Positions 1-9,620 of a stretch of DNA of 20,000 bases are shown here, in pieces. Each line of letters begins with the position of its first letter. Positions within the stretch are counted from its first letter, which is position 1. The stretch is from Psammoneis japonica (lineage: Eukaryota): contig QPGO01000279.1 in assembly GCA_008632985.1 (NCBI GenBank), positions 55,128-75,127 of the forward strand, in the 5' to 3' direction. The translations under genes and the position numbers were made by a program. The notes beneath the pieces are model-generated. The model searched no databases, was not told the origin of the DNA, and worked only from the letters and a program-made list of their open reading frames with translations.

Positions 1-45
1 TTGGCAACATGATGATCACTGTCAAGGATTTTGTTGATCTTGTCA

Positions 46-428
46 CATCAAGTGCAGTGGGCATCCCTGCCGTAGCCGCCGATGATGCTGCTTTCCTGCG
101 TCTGTAGGCTGTCCGTAGCGACGCTGATCCCGCAGAAGCGCGCACCAGGAAACGCGACTCTCAGCATGAGACCCACGAAGGGCTACGGGAGATCCATACG
201 ACTGAGACCGGCGCGACTGGCCATCGCGTACGTGACTCACCTTGTATGAAGGGACTGCGTAGGATGTATGTACGCAGTACCGAGTATGATTGGTTCCGCG
301 CAGGGACTGAAGACGCGGCACTGTATGTCTTACTGTCGCGCGTACACATGCAGTCTTATAATTTACGCAACACACGAATTATCAACCCTCTTTACGACTT
401 AGTGCTTAGACCCTATTTTTGCATAGGG
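46..428 (+). ncRNA. Unassigned highly structured, CpG/TpA-rich insertion; candidate structured RNA or small mobile element
   Basis: Interrupts the Gypsy frame (…NSLV | DKINKILD…). Stems read directly: ccgtagcc 70-77/ggctacgg 181-188; tttcctg 92-98/caggaaa 146-152; catacga 195-201/ttgtatg 242-248; actgcgta 254-261/tacgcagt 271-278; ttggttcc 290-297/gggactga 303-310; cgcggca 314-320/tgtcgcg 334-340; ataatt 358-363/aattat 377-382; ccctat 411-416/ataggg 423-428. G.U wobbles favour the + strand. The insertion itself is well supported; RNA function is inferred. Confidence 0.5.
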
Positions 429-715
429 CACAAGACTGTTTGTGGCATGCGGTTTCTCAATGTGATTGGCTGTCAGCGTGAACACTTCAGTGTTAAAGAG
501 TGCATCAACATTGTTCATGGGTGTGGGGGCATTCTCCCATTTGATTTTTTCATTTGCAAAGTCCAACAACATGATTCCAAGACTGCTCATTGAGTCATGT
601 CCCATGATCACATCATGTTGACTTGAAGAAGCAGTGCTGTCATCTGCTTGTGCTGTCTTCTCAACCCTTTTGTGTTTGTCTAATTCAGGCAATGAGAACT
701 GCATTGTACAGTGAC

Positions 716-1745
716 ACAATTCTGCCTTGGTTTCACGGCCACAACCCCTGCTTGTTTTTCTACGTGAGCCCTGGTGCTGATGTCACCTTTTTCAGGTGGT
801 GTGATGATGACTCTTGCCTGCCCTTTCTGAGTGCATTTTTTATTGACATGCCTTTGTTCGGTCATCACAAGCAATCTCACGTATTTGAAAGCAACTGGCA
901 TCAACCTCTTTTGGTTGGTGTGCTTGTCATTCTTGTTGGCAATTTTTTCCTTGGTTGCAATTTTTTCTATGCAAGTTTCAGCACACAAATTCCATGTGTT
1001 CCAAAAGTCATTTCCAGATGGCCGACTGGCCAAACTACAAACTGTTCTCTGTCCATGCCTCTCAAGTGTCAATGACTCCCCTTCCATCTGTTGCCAATCT
1101 GAGTTCTCTGCTTTATGTGGTGGACAATCTTCTGTCATTGATGCTCCCAGAAGTCTGCATTTGAGATCAACTCAGCATGATTTGGCCATTCTTCTATTTG
1201 CTGACAATTCTGCACAAGTTTCAGTGCAAATTCTACATCTCTTGAAAGTGGTTTCAGATGATCCACTTGCCAATCCATGGATTGTTTTCTGTTCACACCT
1301 CTCAGGTCTTAATGACTCCTTTTGTCCACTGCCAATTTAAGTTCTCTGCTTCATGTGGTGAACAATCTTTTGTCAATGCCACCTGCAGAACTTGAACTCA
1401 AGACTTCAGCATGGGTTGACCAGTTTTTCCTGTCCCTTTGCTCTCTCTTTGGTTGCACCCATTCAAGATTGCTTGTTTCATCCTTGCAACCAGATCCTGT
1501 CCCAAGCAGATGTCCTGATGGCAGCATTGAGTGCTTCAAATTTGATGTCTGGTTTTGTGGGTCCTGTTTTTGCTGCTGCCAGCTATTTCTGGTGGGCACA
1601 ACAGACTTGTGGTGTCATTTTTGGCTGATTGCAACACATTCCTGCTGCACTTTATCAATGCACTGGGGGTGCAAGTTAGCTTGTTGCCAAAGTTGCAGGG
1701 TGGAAGTGCAGCAGCACTTTTAAATGCAGAATTTTGGTTTTGTTT
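716..1745 (-). mobile_element. Internal fragment of a related Gypsy LTR/3' region, inserted into the protease with a 16-bp flanking duplication
   Basis: tgcattgtacagtgac at 700-715 vs tgcattgtgcagtgac at 1746-1761. The minus strand aligns by eye with ~6650-7670 (shared atttaaa(a)gtgc, ccccagtgca, gcagga, agtcatcat and the same ~240-bp tandem unit). Confidence 0.75.
1005..1480. repeat. Two diverged tandem copies of a ~240-bp unit
   Basis: cctctcaagtgtcaatgactcc…gccaatctgagttctctgctttatgtggtggacaatctt (~1058-1131) vs cctctcaggtcttaatgactcc…gccaatttaagttctctgcttcatgtggtgaacaatctt (~1298-1369). Confidence 0.8.
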
Positions 1746-1945
1746 TGCATTGTGCAGTGACTGTCAGTCATGAAGAGTTTGCCCTTGGTTTCCCAAGTTT
1801 GGGTGGCGGATTTCTTCATTCTCAATTTCTGCATGAATTTGTGCAAAATCATGGTTGACAATGTTCCACTGTCAAGAAGAATGCACAAGGGCTCATTTTT
1901 CTCCTTTCCCAAAGAAGCATTCATGTGAGCAACAACTGTTGGACT

Positions 1946-4174
1946 GGTGTGTGAGTTGCTTTGGCATTTTTTCTGGGCTTCCTGACACCTGGTGACATGC
2001 ACAAGACTCCTCTGCAGGAGCAAGTCATTCTTCAGAATTGCTGCACAATGTTTTTTCAAACTGACAATTTTCCTTGCTGAGTGAATCAGAATTGTGTTTC
2101 TTGGGCTTGTTCTTGTGTTTGGAATTCTTCACATTGGGACTTGTGGTGAGTGACATGTTGATTTCCTGAGTGATGATGGCATTCAATTCTTCTTTTGGAG
2201 GGGTGTTTTTAGTGTTGCGATGTGACCACATGCGACTGCCATTTGAACAATGCCTTTTCATGTCATGCTCAACATTCTTCCAACATTCCTTGGCTAAAAG
2301 CAGCACTTGTCCATATTGTGAGTGGACTTTTTGCAACAATTGCACCACTCATTGGACTCGGAACATTTGGCACCAGATTGGCGATCACCTTGCGGGGTCG
2401 ACTGATGGCTCCTGCAGCAGGGCATGAGGTTGCACATGATGTCACAAAGAGCTCATCCTCATCCAAACTCTGCAAGGCTCAAAAGGAGGGCAGCAATTGA
2501 AATCATCATTGACCCCCTGTGTCCAGGTGGCAATTTCCCAGATCTTCATGGTCTTTGGTTTCTTCAAATCACATTGCAGGTGTCGTTTCTGGTTGCAAAG
2601 TAATTTCTTGGGGAAGACATGAGTGGTGAGGTGTTGCGGGCATTTTTCGAAGGCTCTTTCATCACATTTGGACTCCAGGTTTGCTGCCTTGTTCTCAAAA
2701 ACTTGAAGAGCATCTCCCTGCAACCTCAGTTTGGTTTCACCATGTAATTTCTCAAAATTCCCTGGGATTAACTTACCACCTTTTACCCTGTTTTTCCACG
2801 GGAAGGGTGAATTCCCGGGGAATCGCCACGAATTGCCAATCTTGTCTACACATGCTAAATGCATGAATAAAAAACATTGGCAATTCCCCGTGCTTCCCCT
2901 CTCATGCATTTCTGCGAATTCTACATGCCGGCATGTGCAGAACCACACACCATCAACCGACCGCAACAAAAATGGTCAACACACCATGGAGCATTCGCAT
3001 CCCATTTATGATGGCTCTTGTCAAACAACAATGAGACCAGTCAATCCAGTGAGTGAGATTATGATCAACAGTGTAAAATAAAAAATGAACAGAACTGTGA
3101 CAGATGATGTTGAGCAGACAACTGGAGCATTGATCCAAAAGAGTGATTCTAAATTATCCACTTCATTCTGCACATAAGATGTGTCAATTGGAAGAACAAA
3201 CATGGCCATTCACTCCGCCATGTTTTCATCAGCAACACATGGTTCTGCTTTTGCCTTGGACTTTACCACAAATGCTGCATGGCTTGCATTTGTGACCTGT
3301 TGTTGTGCAGCTGCAAATGCAAACTGTGAGGCATCTAGAGTGAAGGCTAAGGCAAAAGCAGAACCTCACAAGGCCAATAAAAATTGTGGGGGATTGTGTG
3401 GTCATGCTTGTTCTTTCCTTTGACCCATCTCATTTGCAGAACACAGTGTGTCATGTGTTCCTTCTTGTGTGGCATGGTCACAAATGCAAACCACAAGGGC
3501 TCTAGAGCAAAGGATGAGGCAAAAATAGAACCGCACATGAGCAACATTGACATGGCTGATTTAACGGTAAAGTTTGTTCTTTCCTTGCTCTGCCACAAGA
3601 AGCTGCTTTTGTGTCGATGCACTGGTCATTGTCGTCATCTTGCATCATGTCGCGTCGGTTGTCAGGGGGATAAAAGCACAACCACCTGACTGTAATTACC
3701 GCACATTACCACATTCCATTTGTTTTGTGTTCCCCTCCCCTGAGCCCTTTCAGGCATTCTTTCCCACAAAATTACCCTCATTTCCCGGGTTTTCCCCAAA
3801 CGGGCAAGGTGACTCCCCCTCACCCTGGCCATTTTGGGGAATCCCCAAAAGGGCAAAACCAAACTAAGCCTGCAACAACACATGCACAATTTGGCACTTG
3901 TCAGCTTGGCTCTGTTTTGCATTCTGTCCAACCTGAAGTTTGGCAAAGGTCTTCAAAAATTTGATGAACTTGGGAACTCCTTGCTTGTTGTGACACTTGA
4001 TGTTGATCATGCAAGTGCAACTTTTTCATCTCCAGGGTCAAAACACTGCTCCATGTTGAGACACTAGCTTGGCTTGAGTGCTTTTGGCTTGGAAATCAAT
4101 TCCAATGGAACAGGACCAATTTTCTCCTGCTTGACGCAGATCTGGGCATCCATCACTTGGGGTGAAAGCTTCAT
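1946..4174 (-). pseudogene. gag: Gypsy gag (capsid-like region plus CCHC zinc knuckle), split by the 2725-3868 TIR element
   Basis: ATG at 4174-4172. Frames are continuous once 2725-3868 and one TSD are removed (LLQ|GDA). CX2CX4HX4C at 2303-2344. Multiple stops and frameshifts. The 3' border is approximate. Confidence 0.8.
2725..3868. mobile_element. Non-autonomous TIR DNA transposon (1144 bp) with an 8-bp TSD, a length typical of hAT or P elements
   Basis: TSD cctgcaac at 2717-2724 and 3869-3876. TIR ctcagtttggtttcacc (left) vs the reverse complement of the right end, cttagtttggttttgccc. Many ttccc/gggaa subterminal motifs. Removal restores gag LLQGDA. Confidence 0.88.
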
Positions 4175-4210
4175 TCTTGTGGTTTTACCTTCTGTGGAGT
4201 GCATGCACAA

Positions 4211-4515
4211 TGCACTCCTGTGCTTGAAGAAGGAGTGCAAATGAAAGCAGAACAAATCACAAAAAGTGAAAATTGTGAGATTGGGCTTCTTTGCTCTCTG
4301 CAATTTTGAGATTCTCCAAAGGTGTTCTCAACAGCCTGAAGCTTTGGCACTGCTTCTACAGACTGAAGGCCTTTTGGAGAATCTGATCATGACAACAGAT
4401 TATCCGGATGCAATCAACATTGACGCCTCACATGTCAACATCATCTGTTGATGGCACCTGTGCAATTTTCAACATTGGATCAACTCTGTGTGATTGATCC
4501 ATCCTTTGTGTGCAT
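4211..4515 (-). repeat. 3' part of the 5' LTR of Gypsy #1
   Basis: Inverted homology to ~7720-8019 (e.g. tctgtagaagcagtgc, gtgatttgttct, tttcatttgcactc, ttcttcaagcacag). Lies just upstream of the gag ATG. Confidence 0.75.
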
Positions 4516-4584
4516 CCACAACTGTGACACGATTGACACATGGCACAACATGTGTGACTGTGAACAAGCACATGACAATGCATG

Positions 4585-6536
4585 CTGCAGACCATCTCAG
4601 AAAGCTTGAGAAAACATTCACATGGCTCGAGCAAGCGGGATTGAAGGTTAACACCAAAAAGTCATTTTTTGCCAAGCCAGAGGCAAATTGTCTGGGTTTT
4701 CACATCACTCAAAATTGCATCAGACCAAAACCTGAGAAAGTGGAGGCGATTCAAGCAATTGCAATGCCTGCCACTCACTGGGAATTGTTGTGTTTCATTG
4801 GCATTGTCAATTGTTGTGGAGACATGTGATCCAATGCCTTTGGCCAAACTCACCTCATTTAAGGTTAAGTGGCAATGGACAAGCACAGAACAAAAAGCCT
4901 CCAAAAATGTGAAGTGGATCATGTCAAAAGATGTGTCACTGTCACACCCAAATTTCAACATTCCCTTTGTGATCCATGCTGACACAAGCAATTCTCTGCC
5001 AGGAACAGTCACAATGCAGAGAACAGCAGACCTGTTGCCTTCTACAGCCACAAGTTAAATGGAGCACAGACGTGCCACACTGCAATGGAAAAAGAATTTG
5101 TGTCCACAGTGGAGACACTTGAGGAATTCCAGAATGTGCTGTTTGGCCAACAGATTAACATGCACATGGATCACAAGAATTTCACCCAAGAGAACTTCAC
5201 AATGGAGAGACTCATGCATTGGCAACCAACAACAGAAGAATGCAGCTCCAAAACAATTTACCTCAAGGGCAAAGTGCATGTTGTTGCAGACACGATCAGC
5301 CCAATCACTGTGAAGAAAAGAGAACCTGTGGAAAACCTCAGCAATGAAGAACCAGCTGACAAAAGTTGCACCTGAACCCCATGACAATGTCTTTCCATTA
5401 ACACAAAAAGTTCTCGACACTAAACACAAACAGGATGAAGACATTTTCCCCAAATTGTTGGACGCAACATGTCATGCCAAAACTTTTTGTTGAGGCAAGC
5501 AAAACCAGATGCTCATCTGTCACAAGGATGAAATCATTGCACCAAAGACATCACAATGAGTGGTGACAGATTGCCACCATTTGCACCTTCTGCACCATGG
5601 CATAAATGGAACTGAAGAGACAATCTCACAACACTTGTGGTGGTCCATCTCATGTGAAGATGTGCAAAGATGTGTTGAAATGTGAGACATGCCAGAAATT
5701 TAAAAACAAACAAAAGAAATGTGGGCATTTGCCTCCTGAGTTCACAGAACCAGTGCCATGGGAAAGACCACACATGGATCTTGTTGGAACATGCAAGATG
5801 CATCGGAAGGACAAAAAGAAACCCCCAGCTCTGAAATGTCTGACAATGACAGATCCAGCAACAGCACAGTTTGAAGCAGCAGAAACTCCAAACATGGAAT
5901 CCATGACCATTGCTAGATTGTTAGAGAGAATGTGGTTCTTGAGCAGATGTCCTTGGCCATTGTTGGTCACTTGTGATTGTGGAAGTGAATTTGTTGGATG
6001 TCAATCTCTAGAACTGTGGTTCACGATTGTTGTGGCATTAAATGCAAGCCCACAACCATGCAAAATCCACAAGCAAATGCCACAATTGAGCACATGCATC
6101 AAGTGCTGGGCAACATGCTGCATGCATTTGATTTACAAAATGCACCCCTGGATGCTCAGAGTCCTTTTGAGGGAATGCTGTCAGCAGCAGCCTTTGCACA
6201 GTGTGTTTGACATGTCATGCCACTGTGCAAGCTGCACCAGAAGAATTGGTCTTTAAAATGCTAGAGACATTGCCAACTGGAAGTTTGTTCAGAAACAAAC
6301 ACAAGATGTTTTAAATGCAAACAATGCCAGAGAGAATGCATGGTGCACTCCATGCACGTGCAGAGTGGGAGAAAAGATCTTGCTAGAAAAAGACTCTAAA
6401 AAATTAGAATGGCCTTGTGCTGGGCCATGCATCATGACAACTGCACACACTCAATGGCAAAGTGCAGATCAAATGTGGTGATCTCATGCATTGACACTGT
6501 CAACATCTCCAACAAATGATTCCATTTGACGAATGA
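4585..6536 (+). pseudogene. pol: Gypsy #2 pol fragment: RT C-terminus, RNase H and integrase (H2C2, DDE core, GPY/F)
   Basis: HLRKLEKTFTWLEQAGLKVNTKKSFFAKPEANCLGF…RPKPEKVEAI; LSHPNFNIPFVIHADTS; EKEFVSTVETLEEFQNVLFG…HMDHKNFT; CETCQKFK…CGHLPP…PWERPHMDLVG; TCDCGSEF; NPQANATIEHMHQVLGNML; PCAGPC…NGKVQI. Domain order RT-RH-INT identifies Gypsy. Frameshifted. Confidence 0.93.
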
Positions 6537-6551
6537 CTCCAATGTGCAATT

Positions 6552-6562
6552 GGGAAGGGGAG
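6552..6562 (+). promoter_or_regulatory. Polypurine tract of Gypsy #2
   Basis: gggaaggggag, ~15 nt after the integrase stop and immediately followed by TG. Confidence 0.7.
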
Positions 6563-8019
6563 TGCAGCATGCATTGTCAAGTGGGTGAAATTGTGCATGT
6601 TCACAATTGCACAATGTTGTGTGTCAATCGCACCACAATCATGGATGCATGCAAAGATCAAAAAACCAGATCTAAATTTAAAGTGCCATCACTCCTCTGC
6701 CAGCCAGTCTGACCTGGCTGACCCACAGCCCCAGTGCACAGTTAAGTGTGGCAGGAGCTTGTGCGGCATTAGCCAGAATGGGCATCACCAGAAGGTGACA
6801 CCCCACCAAGACAACTGAAAAAGAATGATTCACAAGAGGGATTTATTGCGCGCTTGCTGATGACAGCCACAGAAGGCACACCACAACTGCAACAGACAAT
6901 TGCATTCAGATGGGTTTTTAAAACAGTCAACAAAAGGAGCCTTGAAGGCAAGACAAGCAGGTCATTGGAGAAAATGTTTGTTGCACACAGAAGCAGCACT
7001 GAGTCTTGCACAGAAAAGCGGATGGCAGCAGCAAACCAACGACAATCAAATGGCACCACAGGATGACTTGTGTTCTTGCTGAAAAGGGCTGAAACAGAAG
7101 CAGCACATTCACCTCATAGAGTGAAGTGCTTGATTGCATGGCAGAGAAAAAAGTGGGGTTGAAGACCGATTGGCAAGGACAAAAGTAGTCTGGATGAGTG
7201 ACACGTAGATGGTCAGTGGTGTCACATTGACACAATGCCAGATCTTGCGCAGAACAGCCGATGAGAGCAGCAAATGGATGACAATCAAATGACTCTGAAG
7301 GATGACTGACATTCTTGCTGAAAAGGAGAAGCAGCACTTTCACCACAAAGAGTGAAGGACTTGATTGCATGGCAAGGAAAAGAAGTGGCATTGAAAACCA
7401 ATTTGCAAGGATAAAAACAGTCTGGGGAAGTCACATGCAGATCATCAGCAGCATCTGCACATCCTGGCAGAATTTGCACTAGAACCTGTGCAGAAAATTT
7501 TCTGAGACAACAGAAAATTACGAGAAACAACAACCAGCACACTGGCCAACAGGCCGTGACAGTCATCATTTTCCACTGATGAACATTGCTCATCATGTTG
7601 TAATGAGGATGTGCCATTGGTGAACAAGGACAGCATGGGCTTGTTGGAGCCAAATCAACACAAGAAGGTGCGCAGCAACCTGTGTACAAGCTGAGGGCAT
7701 GCAGCTGATGTCGAAAAAGTGTGTGCAAAGATCAGATGGATCACACAGAAAAAATTGATCGGATGTCTAAAATTACAAAAACACCATGGATGGACAATGT
7801 TGACACACAAGATGTCAATGTCGATTGCATCGGGACAATCTGTTGTCACGTTTAGATCACACGAAAGGCCTTTGCTCTGTAGAAGCAGTGCAAATGCTTC
7901 AGGCCATTGAGAACTCTTTTGGTAAATGGCAAAATCACAGTGTAAAATCTGATCTTATAATTTCCACTTTTAGTGATTTGTTCTACTTTCATTTGCACTC
8001 ATTCTTCAAGCACAGTGCA
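6563..8019 (+). repeat. Putative ~1.45-kb 3' LTR of Gypsy #2 containing a ~240-bp tandem duplication (7004-7242, 7243-~7485)
   Basis: Starts TG after the PPT. The last ~300 bp match the sequence upstream of gag in Gypsy #1 and end in …aagcaca(gtgca). Tandem units begin tcttgcacagaa and tcttgcgcagaa. Confidence 0.65.
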
Positions 8020-8117
8020 AAAGGTCAATTGACATTGCAAAACAAAACTTTTTTAACTCTCATGACTTGTTTTTCTGATGTGGCAGCTGTCTCCACTGTT
8101 GCCTGCAATCTTTCAAG

Positions 8118-8536
8118 CTTTTGATTTTTTCCCCTCATGCAACGTGCATCTTATCTTGTGAAGCAGCAGGGACAGTGTGTTCATGTGACCGTGTTTCTGC
8201 CTCAGTGCGGCTTCTGGGGACCAGCCCTTCCTCTGCATTGGTCACACTCAGTGTTGCGCACATTTTAATCTTTTTTTCTCATGCAACATGCATCTTGTCT
8301 TGTGAAGCACCAGTGACAGCATGCTCAAGTGTTTCTGCCACAGTGTGGCTTCTGGTGACCAGCCCTTTCCCTGCATTGGTCACACTCAGTGTTGCGCACA
8401 TTTTAATCTTTTTTTCTCATGCAACATGCATCTTGTCTTGTGAAGCACCAGTGACAGCATGCTCAAGTGTTTCTGCCACAGTGTGGCTTCTGGTGACCAG
8501 CCCTTTCCCTGCATTGGTCACACTCAGTGCTGTGCA
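8118..8536. repeat. Three tandem copies of a 138-bp unit
   Basis: Copies start at ~8118, 8261 and 8399. Copies 2 and 3 are identical except for the last few bases; copy 1 is diverged. Confidence 0.93.
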
Positions 8537-8599
8537 CAGAAATTTTGCATGTGTGACATCCTCCTGCAGATTTCCTGTGCACAGCCATTTGCAAGCTTA

Positions 8600-9620
8600 A
8601 CATGGGCCGACAGAGTTGCACTTTCTCACAGGGCAATTTTTCATCCAGATGCATGACTGGCAACATGCGATGATTCACCAAAGGTTTTGGCTGCATTTTT
8701 TTTTGGTTGGCTGTGGGGAAGAATGGTGAGTTGTTGACAAACAAGATGATGCAGTGCAAGACCAACATTTGAACCACAGCCAAACACTCCCCAGGAGCTG
8801 CCGCAACCTTGGCCATTGCATGTGCCAACGTGATGTTCATCAGTGGGGAAAACAAATTGTTTGATGTTCCCAACTTGACTCTTGGTGCAAAAACCTTTCT
8901 CAACCTTGTTGAAAACTGTTGTGGAAATGAAGTGCATCCAAGAAGTCCATCCCTCAACATGGAACAGACAACACTGGATTTGCTACAATGAAAGGCTCTT
9001 GACCCTCTGTGACCCATTAGAGTGGTGTGTTGTTGCTGCCAAAGATGACACAAATGCACAAAGGAAATCATGCAAAGTGTGAGAGATGTAAGAAGGATCC
9101 ATTGTTTCACTGCTTCAGAGCAGAACTTGCCATCACAATGGTGACTCAAGAAGATGAAGGAAAGTCACCTCCCATGAGAACATGCCAAAGATGTGTGTGG
9201 CAATGAGGACAGCACACAGCTGGCAGATGTGCACAGGCTGCATCCAGGAGGCAACACTGGCACAAATGTGCTGGTGTCAGCTTTGTGTTCTGTTCATGAG
9301 AGATGAAGTTGACAAAGCTGAGCTCAAGTGTGCAGCAACACATCACAAGTTTGTCCATTTGCTTTGTTCATGGAGACAGCATCACAAGTTGTAAGGCAGC
9401 ATTGGTGCCTTGGACCAAGCACCTGCTAAAGATGAGCACAGCATTTTGTCATGGATGGCTTGTCATGGATGGGAACCATGAACAAATTGATGCAAAAACC
9501 ATTTCCCCAGAAGCAACAAAAATTGTGATGAAGAAAAGCAAGTGTGAAGAAACAAGCCACAACCACCAAGTTAAACATCAGCACCTGTGAAAACAAGTTG
9601 GAGGCCAACAGAGCCACAGA
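8600..9620 (+). pseudogene. Degenerate coding relic of unknown family, probably transposon-derived
   Basis: Long protein-like frames broken by TGA (consistent with CGA decay) and frameshifts, e.g. LAIACANVMFISGENKLFDVPNLTLGAKTFLNLVEN and a CxxC…CxxC pair (KCERCK…RTCQRC). No family recognised. Confidence 0.25.

Larger units (their letters stand above)
429..1945 (-). pseudogene. Gypsy aspartic protease, split by the 716-1745 insertion
   Basis: EPLCILLDSGTLSTMI...WETKGKLFMTDSHCTMQ (1746-1900) resumes as HCTMQFSLPELDKH...HDVIMGHDSMSSLGI (429-715). Confidence 0.85.
1..4515 (-). mobile_element. Degenerate Ty3/Gypsy LTR retrotransposon #1 (partial 5' LTR, gag, protease, start of pol linker), interrupted by three nested insertions and running off the left edge
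   Basis: Minus-strand frames join across the insertions: gag N-term MKLSPQVMDAQI...KFIKFLKTFAKLQVGQNA...VLLQ|GDALQVFENK...FPKK...LKKPKTMKI; CCHC knuckle C-N-C-C-KKST-H-NMDK-C at 2303-2344; protease ILLDSGT (DSG 1865-1873) ...HDVIMGHD...LDFANEKIKWEN; then DKINKILDSDHHVA at 1-45, matching the Gypsy 'KILDAKYEKADL' linker. Confidence 0.9.

Noticed and set aside
50..205. tRNA-Asp-like head (agtgcagtgg…gcatccctgcc…cgggaga) suggesting a SINE
   Set aside because: No acceptor stem, T-stem or convincing B-box (GTTCRANNC); the similarity is short and may be chance.
307..346. Hammerhead ribozyme (CUGAAGA followed by a 7-bp stem)
   Set aside because: The required GAAA after stem II is absent (reads cgtac), and no stem I/III arrangement was found.
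355..365. Minus-strand TATA box (tataa) for a snRNA-type gene such as U3 or telomerase RNA
   Set aside because: No downstream T-run terminator, no C/D box arrangement and no telomeric template; wobble pairs favour the opposite strand.
8118..8536. CRISPR-like array
   Set aside because: Head-to-tail 138-bp units without unique spacers, in a eukaryotic TE context with no cas genes.
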